Shown one piece after another: positions 62,587-64,000 of a stretch of DNA of 64,000 nt (positions are counted from its first letter, which is position 1; each line of letters opens with the position of its first letter). The translations under genes and the position numbers were made by a program. Under the pieces are notes generated by a model. That model was not told the DNA's origin. It made no database searches and was given only the letters and a program-made list of their open reading frames with translations. Source of the DNA: an uncultured delta proteobacterium (GTDB lineage Bacteria > Myxococcota > Myxococcia > Myxococcales > Myxococcaceae); the NCBI GenBank assembly GCA_963713045.1, contig CAVQKE010000004.1, positions 1,056,001 through 1,120,000 of the forward strand. Reading direction: 5' to 3'.

Positions 62587-63782
62587 GTCGGTTGGGTGTT
62601 TGCATCGTAGGCGCAGGTGGAGCCGTGGCCAGCACGGTCATCGCGGGCGTGGCGTTGATGAAGCGCGGCCTGGCTCCCCGAGTGGGAATGGTCACCGAGA
62701 CTGAAGTCGGTAAGCACCTCTCCTGTGCCCCGCTCGACAGCCTGGTGTTCGGCGGCTGGGACCTCCGGGGCGACGACCTCTTCGAGGCGGCCATCCGCGA
62801 GCGCATTGTTCCCGAGCACCTGCTCCGCCAAGTCGAACCGGAGCTCCGGGCCATCAAGCCCTGGCCGGGGGTGGTGTCCTCGAAATTCCTCAAGTCGGCC
62901 TCCGGAAACCACGTGGTGGCGGCACGCAACCAGCGCGAGGAACTGGAGTTCCTCGCCCGGGACGTCAAGGACTTCAAGGCCGCGCACCGCCTCGAGCGCG
63001 TCGTCATCGTCAACCTGACCTCCACCGAGAAGTACGCCGAGGCCTCCGAGGTGCACCGCAGCGTGGCCTCCTTTGAAGCCGGCCTCAACCGCAGCGACGA
63101 GCGGATTAGCCCAGCGATGAAGTTTCTCTACCTGGCGTGCAAGCTGGGCGCACCGCACGTCAACTTCACGCCCAGCCTGACCAAGGTGCCGGCGCTGGAG
63201 ACACTGGCCCAAAACTCCGGCGTTCCCATCGCCGGCGAGGACGGGAAAACAGGCCAGACGTTCCTCAAAACTGCCCTCGCCCCCGCCTTCCGCGTGCGCG
63301 AACTCCAGGTGGAAGGCTGGTTCAGCGCCAACATCCTCGGGAACAACGACGGCAAGGTGCTCGACGACCCGGACAGCAACAAAACCAAGGTGGCCAGCAA
63401 GCTCTCGGTCCTCGACGAGATTCTCGGCTACGAGGTGAGCGACCACCAGGTCCACATCAACTACTACCGGCCGCGGGGTGACGAGAAGGAAGCCTGGGAC
63501 AACATCGACTTGGTGGGCTTCCTTGGTCAGAAGATGCAGCTCAAAATCAACTTCCTGTGCAAGGACTCCATCCTCGCCGCGCCGCTGGTCATCGACTTGG
63601 TGCGCCTCTTGGACGTCGCCCACCGCGCCGGCGAGCGCGGCATCCAGCACCAGCTGTCGCTGTTCTTCAAGGCGCCCTACCACAGCGAGGGTGAGCGCGC
63701 GGTGAACGACCTCTTCAAGCAGTACGTCATGCTGCAGGATTGGGTCGAGAAGCTGACCCGCCGTCCCCGCGCAGCGGTCTAG
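62583..63782 (+). CDS. ino1: Inositol-3-phosphate synthase
   Basis: FGGWD, GEDGKTGQT, NILGNNDG, GDEKEAWD, DSILAAPLVIDL and FFKAP motifs; ATGA overlap with the GH3 gene. Confidence 0.93.
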   Translation: MSRLGVCIVGAGGAVASTVIAGVALMKRGLAPRVGMVTETEVGKHLSCAPLDSLVFGGWDLRGDDLFEAAIRERIVPEHLLRQVEPELRAIKPWPGVVSSKFLKSASGNHVVAARNQREELEFLARDVKDFKAAHRLERVVIVNLTSTEKYAEASEVHRSVASFEAGLNRSDERISPAMKFLYLACKLGAPHVNFTPSLTKVPALETLAQNSGVPIAGEDGKTGQTFLKTALAPAFRVRELQVEGWFSANILGNNDGKVLDDPDSNKTKVASKLSVLDEILGYEVSDHQVHINYYRPRGDEKEAWDNIDLVGFLGQKMQLKINFLCKDSILAAPLVIDLVRLLDVAHRAGERGIQHQLSLFFKAPYHSEGERAVNDLFKQYVMLQDWVEKLTRRPRAAV

Positions 63783-63839
63783 GGCGCGGTGGCAACAGTG
63801 CCCGCCGCAGGGCGCGACCTCGAGTTGCGCGGAGCCAAC

Positions 63840-64000
63840 GTGACCGAGCCTCTCGCCGTCCAGGGTGGGCGCGCCGCGGTGCCGGCCAACGCGCACGTCC
63901 GCTGGCCGGTCCTCACCGCCGAGGACCGCCAGGCCGTCCTGGGCGTCCTCGACCGGGGCGTTCTCTCCGGCCAATTCGCCCCCGAGGTGCGTGGCTTGGA
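63840..64000 (+). CDS. DegT/DnrJ/StrS family aminotransferase, 5' part truncated by the window edge
   Basis: GGAG RBS and GTG start give MTEPLAVQGGRAAV...RWPVLTAEDRQAVLGVLDRGVLSGQFAPEVRGL. Confidence 0.7.
   Translation, partial: MTEPLAVQGGRAAVPANAHVRWPVLTAEDRQAVLGVLDRGVLSGQFAPEVRGL

Overview
This is a very GC-rich bacterial chromosomal window. The gene content (zinc-ribbon/TPR protein, stand-alone sigma-70 region-4 protein, MerR-like regulator, many Cys/DGG-rich lipoproteins) suggests Myxococcota, which is an inference. In order it contains: a MocR regulator with a neighbouring lipoprotein gene; pepF; small Cys-rich exported proteins; SDR, BI-1, crotonase and 2Fe-2S ferredoxin genes; a class II ribonucleotide reductase (nrdJ) broken by about 9 frameshifts, probably artefacts; an ARG-box-controlled argC-argJ/B-argR-argG-argH-argF operon; an accessory ABC-2/pirin/haloperoxidase block; a surface polysaccharide locus with two O-antigen-ligase-like paralogues; a purH-TPR-purD-lptF-lptG operon; a giant exported patatin; and a lipoprotein cluster. 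Three candidates stand out. (1) A stand-alone Replic_Relax-type nuclease/relaxase plus VirD4-like coupling ATPase operon, with three 11-bp repeats over its promoter and no T4SS or integrase in the window. (2) A GH3 + inositol-3-phosphate synthase + DegT aminotransferase operon running off the right edge, possibly making an acylated aminocyclitol. (3) An ArgJ-ArgB fusion whose kinase domain appears to have lost both catalytic lysines. I saw no tRNA, rRNA, CRISPR array or IS element. All calls are by-eye motif recognition; no searches were run.
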